Assembly: GCF_009914755.1 (NCBI RefSeq)
Contig: NC_060947.1
Length of the DNA stretch: 64,000 nt
Strand: one strand, 5' to 3'
Source: the human T2T-CHM13v2.0 reference genome, Homo sapiens
Shown here: positions 13,458-27,351 of the stretch, piece by piece
How the letters are laid out: each line of letters begins with the position of its first letter
Numbering within the stretch: the first letter of the stretch is position 1
Made by a program: the position numbers and the translations under genes
The notes under the pieces: model-generated
Told to the model about the DNA's origin: nothing
Seen by the model: the letters and a program-made list of their open reading frames with translations, nothing else
The model's database searches: none

Positions 13458-15810
13458 ATAGCTTCTGTGATTTTTAACACACCTTTTTTTTGTCCTATTT
13501 GAGAATCCTTTCAGGTATTGTGACTTTCTTGGCAAACTTTGCATCTGGCAAAGAAATAGCTCAAGGATGTGTGTACTAAGAATACTTTTGTTATCCATAG
13601 GGGTTGTCAGCAAAACAATAATACTCATCAACTTATTTATTTTCTAACAAGAAAAGGTCTTTTTATTTCCTGGCACTTTGAAGATGTCCCTTATATATTG
13701 AAATGATCATTTTGATTTAAGGATTTTTCTTATCAAAATTTCATCATGAGTTTTCTAATGAATGTTGAATTGAAAAAGAGGCATTATGACTCCACAAACT
13801 CTTCGACTTAACATTTCCTAACGGTTGATTGACTTGTTTCCTGGTTGCCTCTTTCCTAAGATACATACCTCTCTTTCTTTACTCCCCATTAATTTGAGAA
13901 AGAATATCAATTTCTGTTCTTGTCCCACCAATTTTAAGTTATTTAACTCCTTGGGACAGGTCTGTGAAGTAGTTGAATCATTCCATGAGAACCTTCACCA
14001 TCCACTAGAAATGAGGGTGCCGGTGACCTGAAAGAATCTTACTGTAAATGAATATGGTAAATTTTGAGATTATGGGTTTCTAAAATTGTACCAATCACTT
14101 AAATGTCTAACTGGAAAAAGTAATGCTCTTTCTAAAGTTCCCGATTCCATCTACAGATGATATAATTATTGGGTGTCGGGAAACCTTCACTGTTTCCCTC
14201 ACAGTGACTAAGGTAGATTTGAAAACCTAAATTTACGTGTGCATTTGCCAACTAAATATCTTAATATAAATAATATCCAATCCAATTTACTTTGCTACAT
14301 ATCTGATGTTAATAATGAAAAAGGGAAAAGAAATTCATTCTAAAACACCTTGTGTTAATAATATTTCTGTCTGTGTTAAGTTCACTGAATAGTTTCCTTA
14401 CATATGCATGCCTTCCTTTTAGAAATGGATAGGAGATGGTAATTTTGTTTAAAATAAGGGGAAGAAAGGCATCTCTTTAGCTTCACCTTTGTTTGTTAAA
14501 TTCAGTGAACACACAACTGAATGTATGAGACCAGAACATACACCACAGCACGGCTGGGAGTTAATCCTCCATTGCCTTTGGGAGAATTTTATGAGAAGGA
14601 AAGATATCCTTGTACTCTGACAATGTGAAGGCCTAGGGAAATAGAATTCAAAGGACTTCTTTAATGTGTAGTCTTCATGAAAGCTTATTTTAATATAGCT
14701 CTGAGTGATTCTGTGAATATTCAAAATCTCCTCTGCACTCAAAATTAAATTAAGAAAAGAAAAACTACTGTGTTGATGTTGTGGCCTAGGTGATCCTATG
14801 TGATACAGAATTCATAAAAAAATAAACAAAAGGCAGAGATTCACTTCCTATAAAAAGAAGAGAATACCTTAAACTGCATATATATTCGAATATGACGTTT
14901 TGACTTAATTCAGTGAATCAACCAGCTACCTCATCTAATCCATAGAAAAACTGCTTCTGCATTGCTCAGCTCAGGAGAATCAAATAAAAAGTGTTCATGT
15001 TTTATTTTTTTTAATGCCTAGTGGCTGATAGCATATTAATTTTTGCCAAAGTTAAATGTCCCCTTTTTTACTTTAGAATACATTTACATTTAGAATACTT
15101 ACTGAGTTTGTTAAGACAGAAAAAGTTTTGTTCTATATAATCTAAGTTATATTTTAGAAAAGAACTATAAATTGAAATACAAAATTAACCATTTTTTTCT
15201 TTGAGCATTTTTTGTTTCTTTCCTTCTTTGGCATTTCTGTGTTCATAGTTGAAGTTGGCAGTTATCTCCTGGTACTTAGTCAATCAGAGCCCTCTGTCAT
15301 ATGCTTTTGAAGTCTGAGAATTACAAGTAAATACAATAACCGGTGGTAAGACCCAATATTTTACAATAAAAATTATTATGGTAAACCTTAATACAAAATG
15401 AAAAAAAAATCACAAAACCTCCTTAAAGAACATATGAAACATTACAAATATATGTATAATCTATGGAAGTAGTACATAATCATCATCATTATCTTCATCA
15501 GCTTTGAAGATAAGTTACACAAAAGTTTTGAAAATTAATCACCTCACTCCTCCTTAACCAGTGGGCCAAAGACAAGGTGATTATTAAAATGAGAAAACAC
15601 AAGAATTGAATGACAATGAAAATGGTACATCTCAAAACTGAAATCAAGGATATTAACATTAAGATACCTTAAAGAAATAGAAAACAAATCACACACTCAA
15701 TGAAGTTGCTTGCAAGAATTTTTATGGACAAAGCACTAGAATTCCCAAAATAGAAATTATTCCTATGAATTGATTGGGGAAAGCCAATACAAATAGAAAA
15801 TTTTGTGTAG

Positions 15811-15965
15811 TGTGTTAGCCTGTTCTCATGCTGCTAATAAAGACACACCCAAGACTGAGTAATTTATAAAGGAAAGAGATTTAATTGACTCACAGTTCCA
15901 CATGGCTGTGGAGGCCTCACAATCATGGTGGAAGGCAAAGGAGGAGCAAAGTCACATCTTACATG
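15811..15965 (-). mobile_element. THE1 LTR fragment (only about 155 bp left)
   Basis: TGTGTTAGCCTGTTCTCATGCTGCTAATAAAGAC...GCAAAGTCACATCTTACATG, then abrupt loss of homology. Confidence 0.85.
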
Positions 15966-16045
15966 AGAAACATTTGTATTTAACATGTTTTCGATAAGTT
16001 GTTTAAAATGAGAAACATTTGTATTTAACATGTTTTCGATAAGTT
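15963..16045. repeat. Perfect 38-bp direct duplication with 7-bp spacer
   Basis: ATGAGAAACATTTGTATTTAACATGTTTTCGATAAGTT at 15963-16000 and 16008-16045. Confidence 0.95.
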
Positions 16046-16302
16046 CTATTTTGCACCATATTCATGTTATTCTTTCTGATTTCTCTCTGCCTGTATTGAT
16101 ACAACCCAAAACTGATCATTCCTTTACTTTGAACTTTCTGAATAATTTTCTTTATCTATGCTTGTTTAAAGGTTGCATTTAATCAATAGTGTTTTTGATG
16201 TAATTATTATCTTTCTGCTTTTATAGGTGAATTCAACATAAATTCATTTACGTAGCCATGAATGATAGATGTAGGTACACTTTCAAAAATTAAAAATTTT
16301 AA

Positions 16303-16634
<332 letters not shown>

Positions 16635-16974
16635 GACATGTTTTATTAATGAAAAATATGTAGTTTTTCATTACAAAGCATTACATTTATGTATATTTAA
16701 TATCCTTAATTGTACATATTTATATATATACACACATACATATACATACACGTAGATATATAGATTCATGGAAATACACACACACACATTATATATATGT
16801 ACACTACACAGAAATGTACAATTTAACTCTTTTTGATGTGATATGCATTTACTTTTGAAAAATGTGAACATAAACACAATTTTTTCACCCCACCTATCTT
16901 CTACTTATTTTTTAATTGGTAAAAGGTGGTGTTTCAGACATTGTAATATTAAATAATTATTTTGTATTATACAT

Positions 16975-17349
16975 TGTATTAGTCCATTCTCACACTGCTA
17001 ATAAAAATATACCCGAGACTGGGTAATTTATAAAGGAAAGAAGTTTAATTGACTCACAGTTCCACAGGGTTGGGGAGGCCTCAGAAAACTTACAATCACA
17101 GTGGAAGGGGAAGCAAACATGTCCTTCTTCACATGTTGGCAGCAAGGGGAAGTGCAGAGCAAATGCAGGGAAAGCACCTTACAAAACCATCAGCTGTCAT
17201 GAGAACTCACTCAGTAACACGAGAACAGCATGGAGGTAACTGCCCCCATGATTCAATCATCTCCACCTGGTCCCTCCCACGATACGTGGGGATTATGGGA
17301 ACTACAGTTCAAGATGAGATTTGGGTGAGGACACAGCCAAGCCATATCA
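16975..17349 (-). mobile_element. THE1C/D-like solo LTR
   Basis: TGTATTAGTCCATTC...GCCATATCA termini; TSD TACAT/CACAT. Confidence 0.9.
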
Positions 17350-17970
17350 CACATCTTGTCTTTCAAAAGACATTTCCGTAATATCCTGCAACTACATAAT
17401 TATTACACCACATTTCTTTAGCCCCACACTTCATACCGATGACATCAGAAATGTTCATCTTGACTTGTGTGTACATTTCTGCCTCCCTCACGCTGTTGTC
17501 TTGTTATCTTATTGTTCATTTCTTCTTTCATAGAATTTTTCCTACCTTCAACTTTATTGAACAGAACAAGTAGCCTCTAACCAGTGTTTATTATTGCTTT
17601 TGTGTGATGTATTTTTCCAATTATGCTGTCTCTTGGCAGATGGATTGCTAATCATTCCAGTTATTTAACAGCATTATTTCTATATTTTTATTTCCATAGA
17701 CTCAGCTGGATCCAAAATATATTTTCATTGTTGTTTTTGTTTCTGGGTGTTAACATTTTGGAGCTTCTAACTGTCTAAGAGAATTTTGTGTTGTCATCAA
17801 AGACAAGGTTACTTGTTTATCCTGGGCATGACAGTGTGTCTTGGTTGTCAGAAGTTGCAAGTAGACAAAGGAAATCGTTTCCTAACAAATCTCTAAATGC
17901 AATTCCTGGAGGGGAATATTTGGATATAATGTTTGACATAGATGACATATGCTGCTGGATATTGCTAATG

Positions 17971-18223
17971 TTTTGGGTTTTGTTTGTTTTTTGTGTTTGT
18001 TTTTGTTTTTTTGAGACAGGGTCTCGCTCTGTAGTCCAGGCTGGAGTTCAAGTGGTGCAATCATAGCTCAGTGCAGCATTGACTCCCAGGCTCAAGCAAT
18101 CTTCCCACCTCAGCCTTCAGAGTAGCTGGGACCACAGGTGCACAACACCATGCCCAGCTAATTGTTTTTCTTTCTTTCTGTCTGTCTGTCTTTTTTTGCT
18201 AGAGCCGAGGTCTCATTATGTTG
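17971..18223 (-). mobile_element. AluJ, 5'-truncated
   Basis: GAGACAGGGTCTCGCTCTGT...CATAGCTCAGTGCAGC...GCTCAAGCAATCTTCCCACCTCAGC (J-type diagnostics). Confidence 0.85.
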
Positions 18224-19016
18224 TTTTCTCTATCTTTTCCTACCATTCCCATCTGTTTTGGGGCTTTTCTTCCTACCCTTAGCAGCTTTACAAGGGATCC
18301 TGCTGCCTTCCTGCCTTGAGTTCATTCAGGTGCCCAGTTGTGGAGAGGCTCCCGCAGCTGGCCTGGTGCCTGGCGTCTCCTTTTCCCCCACCTCCATCAA
18401 GCCATGTCCCTCCTGAATTTGATCGTTCACAGCACTGCTGGCATCTAGCCAAGACCTGGACATCCTAGATCAATTAGGCAAAATTCAGCCAGGTATACTC
18501 TTATCTACAAGCTATATGCCTTAGAATAAGAATTTTAATGCCGTGACTCATAAAATCCTGGAAACTCAAAACCCTGCCAATTTTATTGGCAAAATATCTG
18601 GTTCATGGGAGCAAATGATTTTGCCTAGAGAGACAGTCCTTAGCTATCATCTGACTTGAAAAGTAGTTCATACCCAACACAAAAACAATACAAAATCACC
18701 ACCTTTAGATACAACAGATGGAGAAGAACTATTAGAACAGGACAGGGAGTTGAGTATGCTTTCACTTTGGGTGGGAACATAATATAGTCTTCATGATGGT
18801 GTAGATTTAGGGATGTAAATTAAGTTACACACAGTCTTAGTTGTATTTCAGGGTTTTTTTTAATAGTGTTGAAGCTTGCCTTTCTCTGTGTCACTTATGT
18901 TCATATTATTAAAGAATGTGAGTAGATAGAAAACATAAAACGATATATGTGCATATATATGTTCATATATAAACGTTATATATGTTCATATTTTAATAAT
19001 TTATACTTATAAACAT

Positions 19017-19190
19017 TATCCGGCATGATAGTATGCACCTGTAGTCCCAGCTATGTAGGAGGCTGAGGCAATGAGGCAAGAGGATCGCTTGTGCTCAGGA
19101 ATTCGAGGCTGCAGTAAGCCGTGATCATACCAGTGCCTTCCAGCCTGGGTGACAAGAGTAAGACCCTCTCTCTAAAAATAAAAAAAAATA
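19017..19190 (+). mobile_element. Alu right monomer (FRAM/AluJ-like)
   Basis: CCTGTAGTCCCAGCTA...GAGGCTGCAGTAAGC...CAGCCTGGGTGACA followed by an A-tail. Confidence 0.8.
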
Positions 19191-19297
19191 GATTATAAAT
19201 AATGTGTATTTAAAATTTATTTTTATTTACAATATGACTGTAGCCTCAGCAATTTGCAACTGTAACTAGATTACAATAAATATAATAAAAATACATT

Positions 19298-19458
19298 ACC
19301 AGCCTGGGCAACATAGTGAGATCCCATTTACTAAAAAAAAGGAAAAATGTAGTCAGGCATAGTGCCCAGGAATTCAAGGCTGCAGTGAGCTGTGATTGAC
19401 CCACTGCACTCCAGCCAGGGAAACAGAATGAGACCCTGTCTCATAAAGGAAGAAAACA
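19298..19458 (+). mobile_element. AluJ fragment with internal deletion
   Basis: ACCAGCCTGGGCAACATAGTGAGA...linker...CCCAGGAATTCAAGGCTGCAGTGAGC...GAGACCCTGTCTC. Confidence 0.75.
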
Positions 19459-19651
19459 CTATATATACACATACACACACACACACACACATACATACAT
19501 ACATATATAAAAAAATACTATATATAAAATATTATATATATAAATATATATATACACACACACACATTTTTAATATGGATACATCTGCTATAATTACATG
19601 CAAAAATAATTACATAGGTATATACACAGTATAAACTTTTCCACATGTGCT

Positions 19652-21410
19652 TTATATATATATACTATATATATAGTATATATACTATATATACTATATA
19701 TATAGTATATATACTATATATACTATATATATAGTATATATACTATATATACTATATATATAGTATATATACTATATATACTATGTGATATACATATAGT
19801 ATATATACACATATATACTGTGATATATAGTATATATATACACATATATACTGTGATATATAGTATATATATACACATATATATACTGTGATATATATCG
19901 TATATATATACACATATATACATGTGAATATATATACTATGTGATATATACACATATATATACTATGTGATATATATACACATATATATACTATGTGTAT
20001 ATATATACATATATACTATGTATATATGTATGTATATGTATATGTATGTATATGCATGTATGTATATGTATGTGTGTATATGTATACATATATACATACG
20101 TATATACTATGTATATATATACATATATATAGTATATGTATGTGTATATATACTATATAGTATAAATATACTATATATAGTATACGTATACTATACATAT
20201 ATAGTATATATATACTACATATATAGTATATGTATACTATATAGTATATATACACATATATGTATACTATATAGTATATATACTACATATATGTATATAT
20301 ACTATATATGTATATATGGTATATATAGTATATATGTAGTATATATACAGTAAATGAATATAATATATATACATATATACCACATATATACTATATATAC
20401 TATATATATACTATATATATAGTATATATAGTATATATAGTGTATATATACTATATATACTTTATATACTATATATATAGTACATATATACTATATAGTA
20501 TATATGTGTATATATAATATAGTATATATGTGTATATATACATATACTATACAGTAAATATGTGTGTATATATACTATATGGTATATATATTTGTGTATA
20601 TATACCATATAGTATATATATTTGTGTATATATACTATATAGTATATATGTGTATATATAAATATAGTATATATGTGTAGATATTTACTATATAGTATAT
20701 ATGTGTATATATATACTATATAGTATATATGTGTGTATATATACTATATAGTATATATGTGTATATATATACTATGTAGTATATATGTGTATATATATAC
20801 TATGTAGTATATATGTGTATATATACTATGTAGTATATATACATATATAGTATACACACATATATACACACACAGCATATATATGTGTATATATATACTA
20901 TATAGTATATATGTGTATATATACACTATACAGTATATATGTGTATATACATACTATACAGTAAATATATGTGTATATGTACATACTATACAGTATATAT
21001 GTGTATATATATTATATTATATATTTGTGTATATATATACTATATAGTATATATGTGTGTATATACAATATAGTATATATGTGTGTATATATATACTATA
21101 TAGTATATATGTGTATATATGCTATATGCTATATGTGTATATATACTATATAGTATATGTGTATATGTACACTATATGGTATCTATATGTGTGTATATAT
21201 ACACTATATGGTATCTATGTGTGTGTATATATACACTGTATGGTATCTATATGTGTGTATATATATACACTATATGGTATCTATATGTGTGTGTATGTAT
21301 ATACACTATATGGTATATATATGTGTGTATGTATATACACTATATAGTGTATATATATGTGTATATAGTGTATATGTATATATACATATAGATACACATA
21401 CTATATAGTT
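19652..21410. repeat. About 1.75-kb AT-rich (TA)n-derived quasi-palindromic minisatellite
   Basis: TATATAC/TATATAG/TATGTG units; 4 x 29-bp unit at 19657-19772 (G at 19676, 19705, 19734, 19763). Confidence 0.95.
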
Positions 21411-21998
21411 ACTTTTGCATGTCAGGACCAAATGCATGAGGCGTTTTCTATTATGTACTAGGCGCTGGACAAAGCTCCTGAAATATAATTGTTAAAAAGC
21501 AGATTTACTCATTCATATTTGCCTAAATCGTTGCAATGCAATTTTGATTTGTTATTCATAATACAGGATTATTTTGAAGGAAACTTAAAGATAAAACTAT
21601 TGTATAGAAGTATTTGGTTTTCCATATTATGTAAATTTATAATTTTAATTTTCAATCACAACTATTTGAATACAATCATAACATTAGTTACTGTCAGGAG
21701 TATATATTTTGAGCATTCAGAGGACTAGATCTGGTATTAAGTTGATTTCTTTCCTAAATAGCTGGGAAACTTTGGGAAAGTCATTTCAGCCTTTGATTCT
21801 CCTTCAGTGGTTGCTCCATAAGTGAAAATAAAAACTCAGATATCATGGAGCTGCAGAGGAATTTAATGTATTAATAAGTGACTATGCAGTTAAATTGTGT
21901 TCAGCAAGGTCTCTGTCAGTGGCCATTGTTCATTTTAAGACCCTTTTATTATAAAGTACCATAGTGAAATCAAAGTAAGGAATAAATAACAGTTTTGA

Positions 21999-22303
21999 GG
22001 ATTGATGTGATGGCTGCAGCCTGTAATCCCAGTACTTTGGGGAGGTCAAGGCAGGAGAGTCCAGAATTTTGAGACCAGCCTGGGAAACAGTGAGATCCCA
22101 TCTCTAAAAAAAAAAAGCTAAAAAAATTATTTGGGCATGGTGGTGCCTGCCTATAGTCCTAAGTACTCAGGAGGCTGAGGCAGGAGGATCTCTTAAGCCC
22201 AAGAGTTCCAGGCTGCAGTAAGCTACGATCACACCATTGCACTCCAGCCTGGGTGACAGAGCAAGACCCCATCTCTTAAAAACAAAATAAAACAAAACAA
22301 AAA
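21999..22303 (+). mobile_element. AluJ
   Basis: Dimeric Alu with GAGGATCTCTTAAGCCCAAGAG; (AAAAC)n tail; degenerate TSD AACAGTT(G)TTGA. Confidence 0.88.
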
Positions 22304-22776
22304 CAGTTGTTGAAGACAAAATATGCTATATGCTCCAGGAGTTACAAGGTGATGGAGTTCTGATCATGTGCTGGGCTCTTGACTCAGCCTCTCATATGTT
22401 TTACATACATACTCACAGCAAGCCAGTGAGATAAGAGCAAAGACTTTTAAAGTCAAAGGGAATATGTCTTAATGAGGGTAAAAGCAAAATTATAAATAAT
22501 TAGATGGGTCACTCAGAAAACAAACAAGAACAGCTAAGAAGAACATCCATGCCCTTATTAAACATAACTGCCTTGCTGTGTAAAACCTTCTAAGGTTTTT
22601 AGGCAGCAAGAATAGGTATCCTCAGAACGGCAGAAACAGCAATCCGTGGGATAAAGTAATTCTTTTCAGTGGGAACATTGCTTTACCAGAAAGGGTGGGG
22701 ATTTCAGTTCACTGTGAGGAACAAGTTGGATTTCAGTACATAGATATGTTGGAACCATTCCTGGTAAATAAAAGCC

Positions 22777-23670
22777 TATAAACCAAAAATGAAACTGTAA
22801 GCCCCCCAGCTGAATGAATGGACCCTTCCTTTCAGCCAAGGGAATTTCAAAGAAACCTGAAAAACTATTTTGGGCCATAATTGGAAAAAGGGGGGTCAGA
22901 CATGCCTCATTGTATTCTCCTTTCTTGGGGAGTCAAACACAACTGATCAGCATTCACTTTAAAACAAAGATCTTAAGACTGATAGAACAGACTCTTTGTA
23001 GCAATAAGTTAGCAAATTCCAACCTGACTCTGGTATACCATCATATGACAAATAGCAGGCCCTGAAAGAAATGAAACTATTTTACCCTAAAATATATTTA
23101 TTTGACATATTTTTAAATGGCCCTACAAAGCTGTCTCTTGTAGGGGAAATATACATTCTGTAGAGAATCCCATTTTCATTCCAGATTTTTTCCGATCCTG
23201 AAGAGACTAGCTGAGAGTCTGGCATGTTTTAGGTATCTGAATAGGAAACATTTGGCATCTACTGCCTCTAAGGGTAGCCACCTATGAGACTTCATCTACA
23301 TAATAAGAACCTTGTTCTCCACAACCCCTTATCTTAACCCAGACATGCCCTTCTGTTTATTCCAGGTCTTGAGATAATAACTTAGCTCTTTCAATTAAAT
23401 GTCAATCAGAAAATCTTTGAATCCACCTATGACCTGGAAGTCCCCACTTTGCATTGTCTCACCTTTCTAGACTGAACCAATATACACCTCACATGGATTG
23501 ATTGATGTCTTATGTCTCCATAAAATTTATAAAACAAAGCTGTAACCCAACCACCTTGGGCATGTGTTCTCAGGACCTCTTGAGACTATCCCTTGGACCA
23601 TGGTAAGTCATATTTGGCTCAGAATAAGCCTTCTTAAATATTTGACAGAGTTTGGCTCTTTTCATTGATA
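22777..23670 (+). mobile_element. MER4-family (MER4D/E-like) ERV1 solo LTR
   Basis: TATAAACCAAAAATGAAA...AAGCCCCCCAGCTGAATGAATGGACCC start; GGCTCAGAATAAGCC...GACAGAGTTTGGCTCTTTTC end; about 890 bp. Confidence 0.8.
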
Positions 23671-24697
23671 GTCCTTATATAGGTCCTACAGATTCTAGGC
23701 TTCTTGGCAGCATGGTGAGAGTGAAAATTATATAACCAGAAAATGAACCTTAAGTGAAAGGGGTGAGTCATGTTTAGATGTAGTTAAATATAATAGAAAT
23801 GAGATTTTTGTGCAGACAGGAAAGGCCTGAAGTAGCAGAATAAAATATTTTGAGTTTGATCCAGCAGAAAATAGGCAAGTTTCAGAGAAAGTGGGAAACA
23901 CAATTATAATATAATACATTTCACTTAGGGAGTTTGGATTCCCCAAACGGAGAAGGACGAAGTACATCACAAGTACTAACTACTGGAGTCAGGATAGCAA
24001 AAGACCACATTTATAAAGAGTGAATTGGGGACATCTGGTGAGATACTCTAAACTGAAAAGCAGTGATTAAATTTTTCATTTGCAACCTCAAATGGAATTT
24101 TCAAACTCATTAGAGAAACTTAAATAACATGAGAAACGATAAAAAAGGATGACTGTTCTGCAGAATCTAAATTATGCAGCTACTGTTATGATCATGGAGA
24201 TAAAAACTAACCATGAAAATGACAACCCATTGCATTGTGAATTGTATTAAGCTAAATAGAGAAGTTAGACTTACACAGTAAGAAATGATAAAATTCACTC
24301 TCCCTTGTACTCACTGAACAAATATTTATTAAGAGGCTTTAATATGCTAGAGATCATGAGAAATACTAAAATATATAGCTTTGGAATGACCCCCAAGGGG
24401 ACAAAAAAGTCAGAGGAAAAGATAAAACATTTAAAAGACAATAAACATAAGGATGAGTACTTATATACAAACTTCTATGTGCATTAATTGCAAAGAGAAA
24501 TCACATTTGTTCTGATGGAGGAAAGCACTGTCAAGAGGGAAAAATTAAATATAAGTAAGAAGAGATTAGGTGAACAGAGTGAACAGGGGCTGCTAGTGAG
24601 ATTGGAAGGGGAAGCATATCAGAGTACAAGTGAAATACATGTTTTATTAGCATTGATAGAGTTCAGCTGGGTCAACTGCTGCTGATAAGGAGAATGT

Positions 24698-24911
24698 AGC
24701 CTGGGGAACACAGCCAGACCCCACCTGTACACAACATACAAAAATTAGCCAGACATGGTGGCACATCCTCTGGCTAATCCTCTGGGGCAGGAGGATTGCT
24801 TGAGCCCAGGAATAAGCCAATATGGCACCATGGCACTACAGCCTGGGTAACACAGTGAGACCCTGTCTCATAAAAAAAGAAAAGAAAAAGAGCAAGAAAA
24901 AGAAAAGAAAA
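24698..24911 (+). mobile_element. AluJ fragment with (AAAAG)n tail
   Basis: AAAAATTAGCCAGACATGGTGGCAC...GGAGGATTGCTTGAGCCCAGGA...GAGACCCTGTCTC. Confidence 0.8.
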
Positions 24912-25129
24912 GGAGATTGTGAGGAAGATTGAGAGATGACAGACGGGTGTGGCTACAATTTGGTTGAAATTCTCAAGAATTGCTCAGTGGCATCATGGGA
25001 AACAGTCTGATAAAATTGGACTCAAGAGAAAATAGGTGAGAAAGGGAGTAGATAAGAAAGAAGAGGACGACGAAGAAGAAGAAAACACAAAAAATGGGAT
25101 TAGATTTGCTATGTAATGTGCTATTCTGA

Positions 25130-25562
25130 TTTTTATTTATTTATTTTTTTGAAACAGGGTGTCACTCTGTCATTGAGGCTGAAGTGTAGTAGTGCAATCA
25201 TAGCTCACTGCAGCTTTGAACTCCTGGGCTCAAGCATTCCTCCTGCCTCAACCTCCTGTGTAGCTGGGAGCACAGGCAAGTGCTACCACCCTGAGCTAAT
25301 TTTTTTTTCTTTTGAGACAGAGTCTCACTCTGTCACCCAGGAGGGAATGCAGTGACATGATCACAGCTCACTGCAGCCTTGACCTCCTGAGGTCTCACCT
25401 CAGCTCCCTAAGTAGCTGGGACCACAGCCACTTGCCACCTTGCCCAGCTAATTTTTTGTAGAGACAGGGTTTCACCATGTTGCCCAGGCTGGTCTTGAAC
25501 TTGTGGTCTCAAGCAATTTGCCCACCTCAGCCTCTTAAAGCAATGAGATTACAGGCCTGAAC
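25130..25562 (-). mobile_element. AluJ with an extra right monomer (left-right-right arrangement)
   Basis: Two successive antisense right arms (25130-25299 and about 25300-25450), then a left arm to 25562. Confidence 0.8.
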
Positions 25563-25851
25563 CAAATAATGGTGAAAATTAATGTATAAATAATTGTATC
25601 AAAAATGATTGATTCAAGAAACAGAAATTCACTTGTAAAATAATTTTTTGGCAGGCCAAAACATTTTAACTTAGGTTAAATTGAAGAAGAGATAGAAAAC
25701 ATTAGTTAGACATCTGTTGTAGGAATAAAAATACAAGATAATGCTGAGGCACATTGTGTGAGGAAAAAGAAGGGATTTCACTTTCTCTGTGAGAACATTA
25801 TTTAGCACATACTCAATGCTAGAAAAATTGCTAGAACACAAGGAAATAAGA

Positions 25852-26205
<354 letters not shown>

Positions 26206-26649
26206 TGACAACAGCATGGAAGATAGGTCAGTCAAAAACAGCTCAAAGGATTCAACCCTGCCTGTGAAAATGATGCGACCATTAAAGGAAGAGGGAAGTT
26301 GGTAAGAGGAGTTGGTATCAGGAAGATGATGATTAATTTGTTTTGAGACTTGTTGAAATTTAGGTGATTTCAGGGCAGCCGGTTGAAGATATCCGAGAGA
26401 CCTTTGGAAATGTGAATCTAGAGCAAAGGAAAGAGGCCAAATTGCAAATATCTGATTAGGGAATAACTTGCATGAAGGTGCTAATTGACACCTGAGAGGA
26501 TGCATTAGTCCGTGGTAAGAGAAACCAAATGCAAATAGATTTCATCAGAAGAGGCCATTTATCATCTGGGCTAGCTGAGAAGTCCACTGAGAGACTGTGG
26601 CTTCAAGCAGTGTTAAATCCGTAGACTCAGGGACAAAACCTGATAGGTA

Positions 26650-26950
26650 CTGTGGGTCCAAGGTGCCTGCCCTCCCCCTGCAAAGCTTTGATGAAAAATC
26701 GACTCACAAAAAAAAGATTAATAGGAGAAAAAGCATACAAACTTACCTAACTGTGCACATGGGGAAAATCACAGTGATTGCTCAATATCCCAGTGGAGTG
26801 CAGAAACCTATATGCCATCTTGAGGTTACAGAAGGAAAGGGGGCTTGGATTCTAGCAAGACAGGCTATGTGAGGGGGAGAAGAGGAATTCTATTCAAGGC
26901 CAATATATGATTACTAGGGAGAATGATTGGATCAGGAAACAGAATTTAAC
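26650..26950 (-). mobile_element. ERV1 LTR fragment (MER34/MER39-group-like)
   Basis: GAAAAATCGACTCAC...AGATTAATAGGAGAAAAAGCATACAAA motif. Confidence 0.5.
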
Positions 26951-26964
26951 AGATATATCTATCA

Positions 26965-27350
26965 CCTCTACAACAAGTTACCACAAATCTAATGGCTTAA
27001 ACCCACAGCTATTTGTTACCGCACAGTTGCCGTGAGTCTGGGCACAGCATGGCTCAACTAGGTCCTCTGCTTGGGTCTCACAAAGAAAAATCAATGTGTC
27101 TGCAGGGCTGTGTTTTTCACTTGAGGCTCAGGGGAGGTCCTCCTTCCAAGTTCACTGAGGTTATTGGCTGAATTCAGTACCATGCAGCTGTATAACTGAG
27201 GTCAACACTTCCTGGCTGGCTGTCAGCTAGGAGCCTGTTTTTGCTGACAAAGACCACCTATGTTCTTTCTCATGATCTCTGTATGGGTTTCTCCAGCAAC
27301 AGAAGGTTGAGTTCCTCTAATGTTTTCTGTACTGATTTTTCTTCTGCCAC
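26965..27350 (-). mobile_element. MLT1 (MLT1E-like) LTR fragment
   Basis: TTACCACAAATCTAATGGCTTAAA...TTGGCTGAATTCAGT...GCAGCTGTATAACTGAGGTC. Confidence 0.65.
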
Positions 27351-27351
27351 A

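Noticed and set aside
15963-16045. Two 38-bp direct repeats resembling a CRISPR repeat pair
   Set aside because: Only two copies with a 7-bp spacer, in eukaryotic context with no cas genes; better explained as a repair duplication.
19723-21408. Many Y/I/C/V-rich ORFs
   Set aside because: Artefacts of the (TA)n-derived array.
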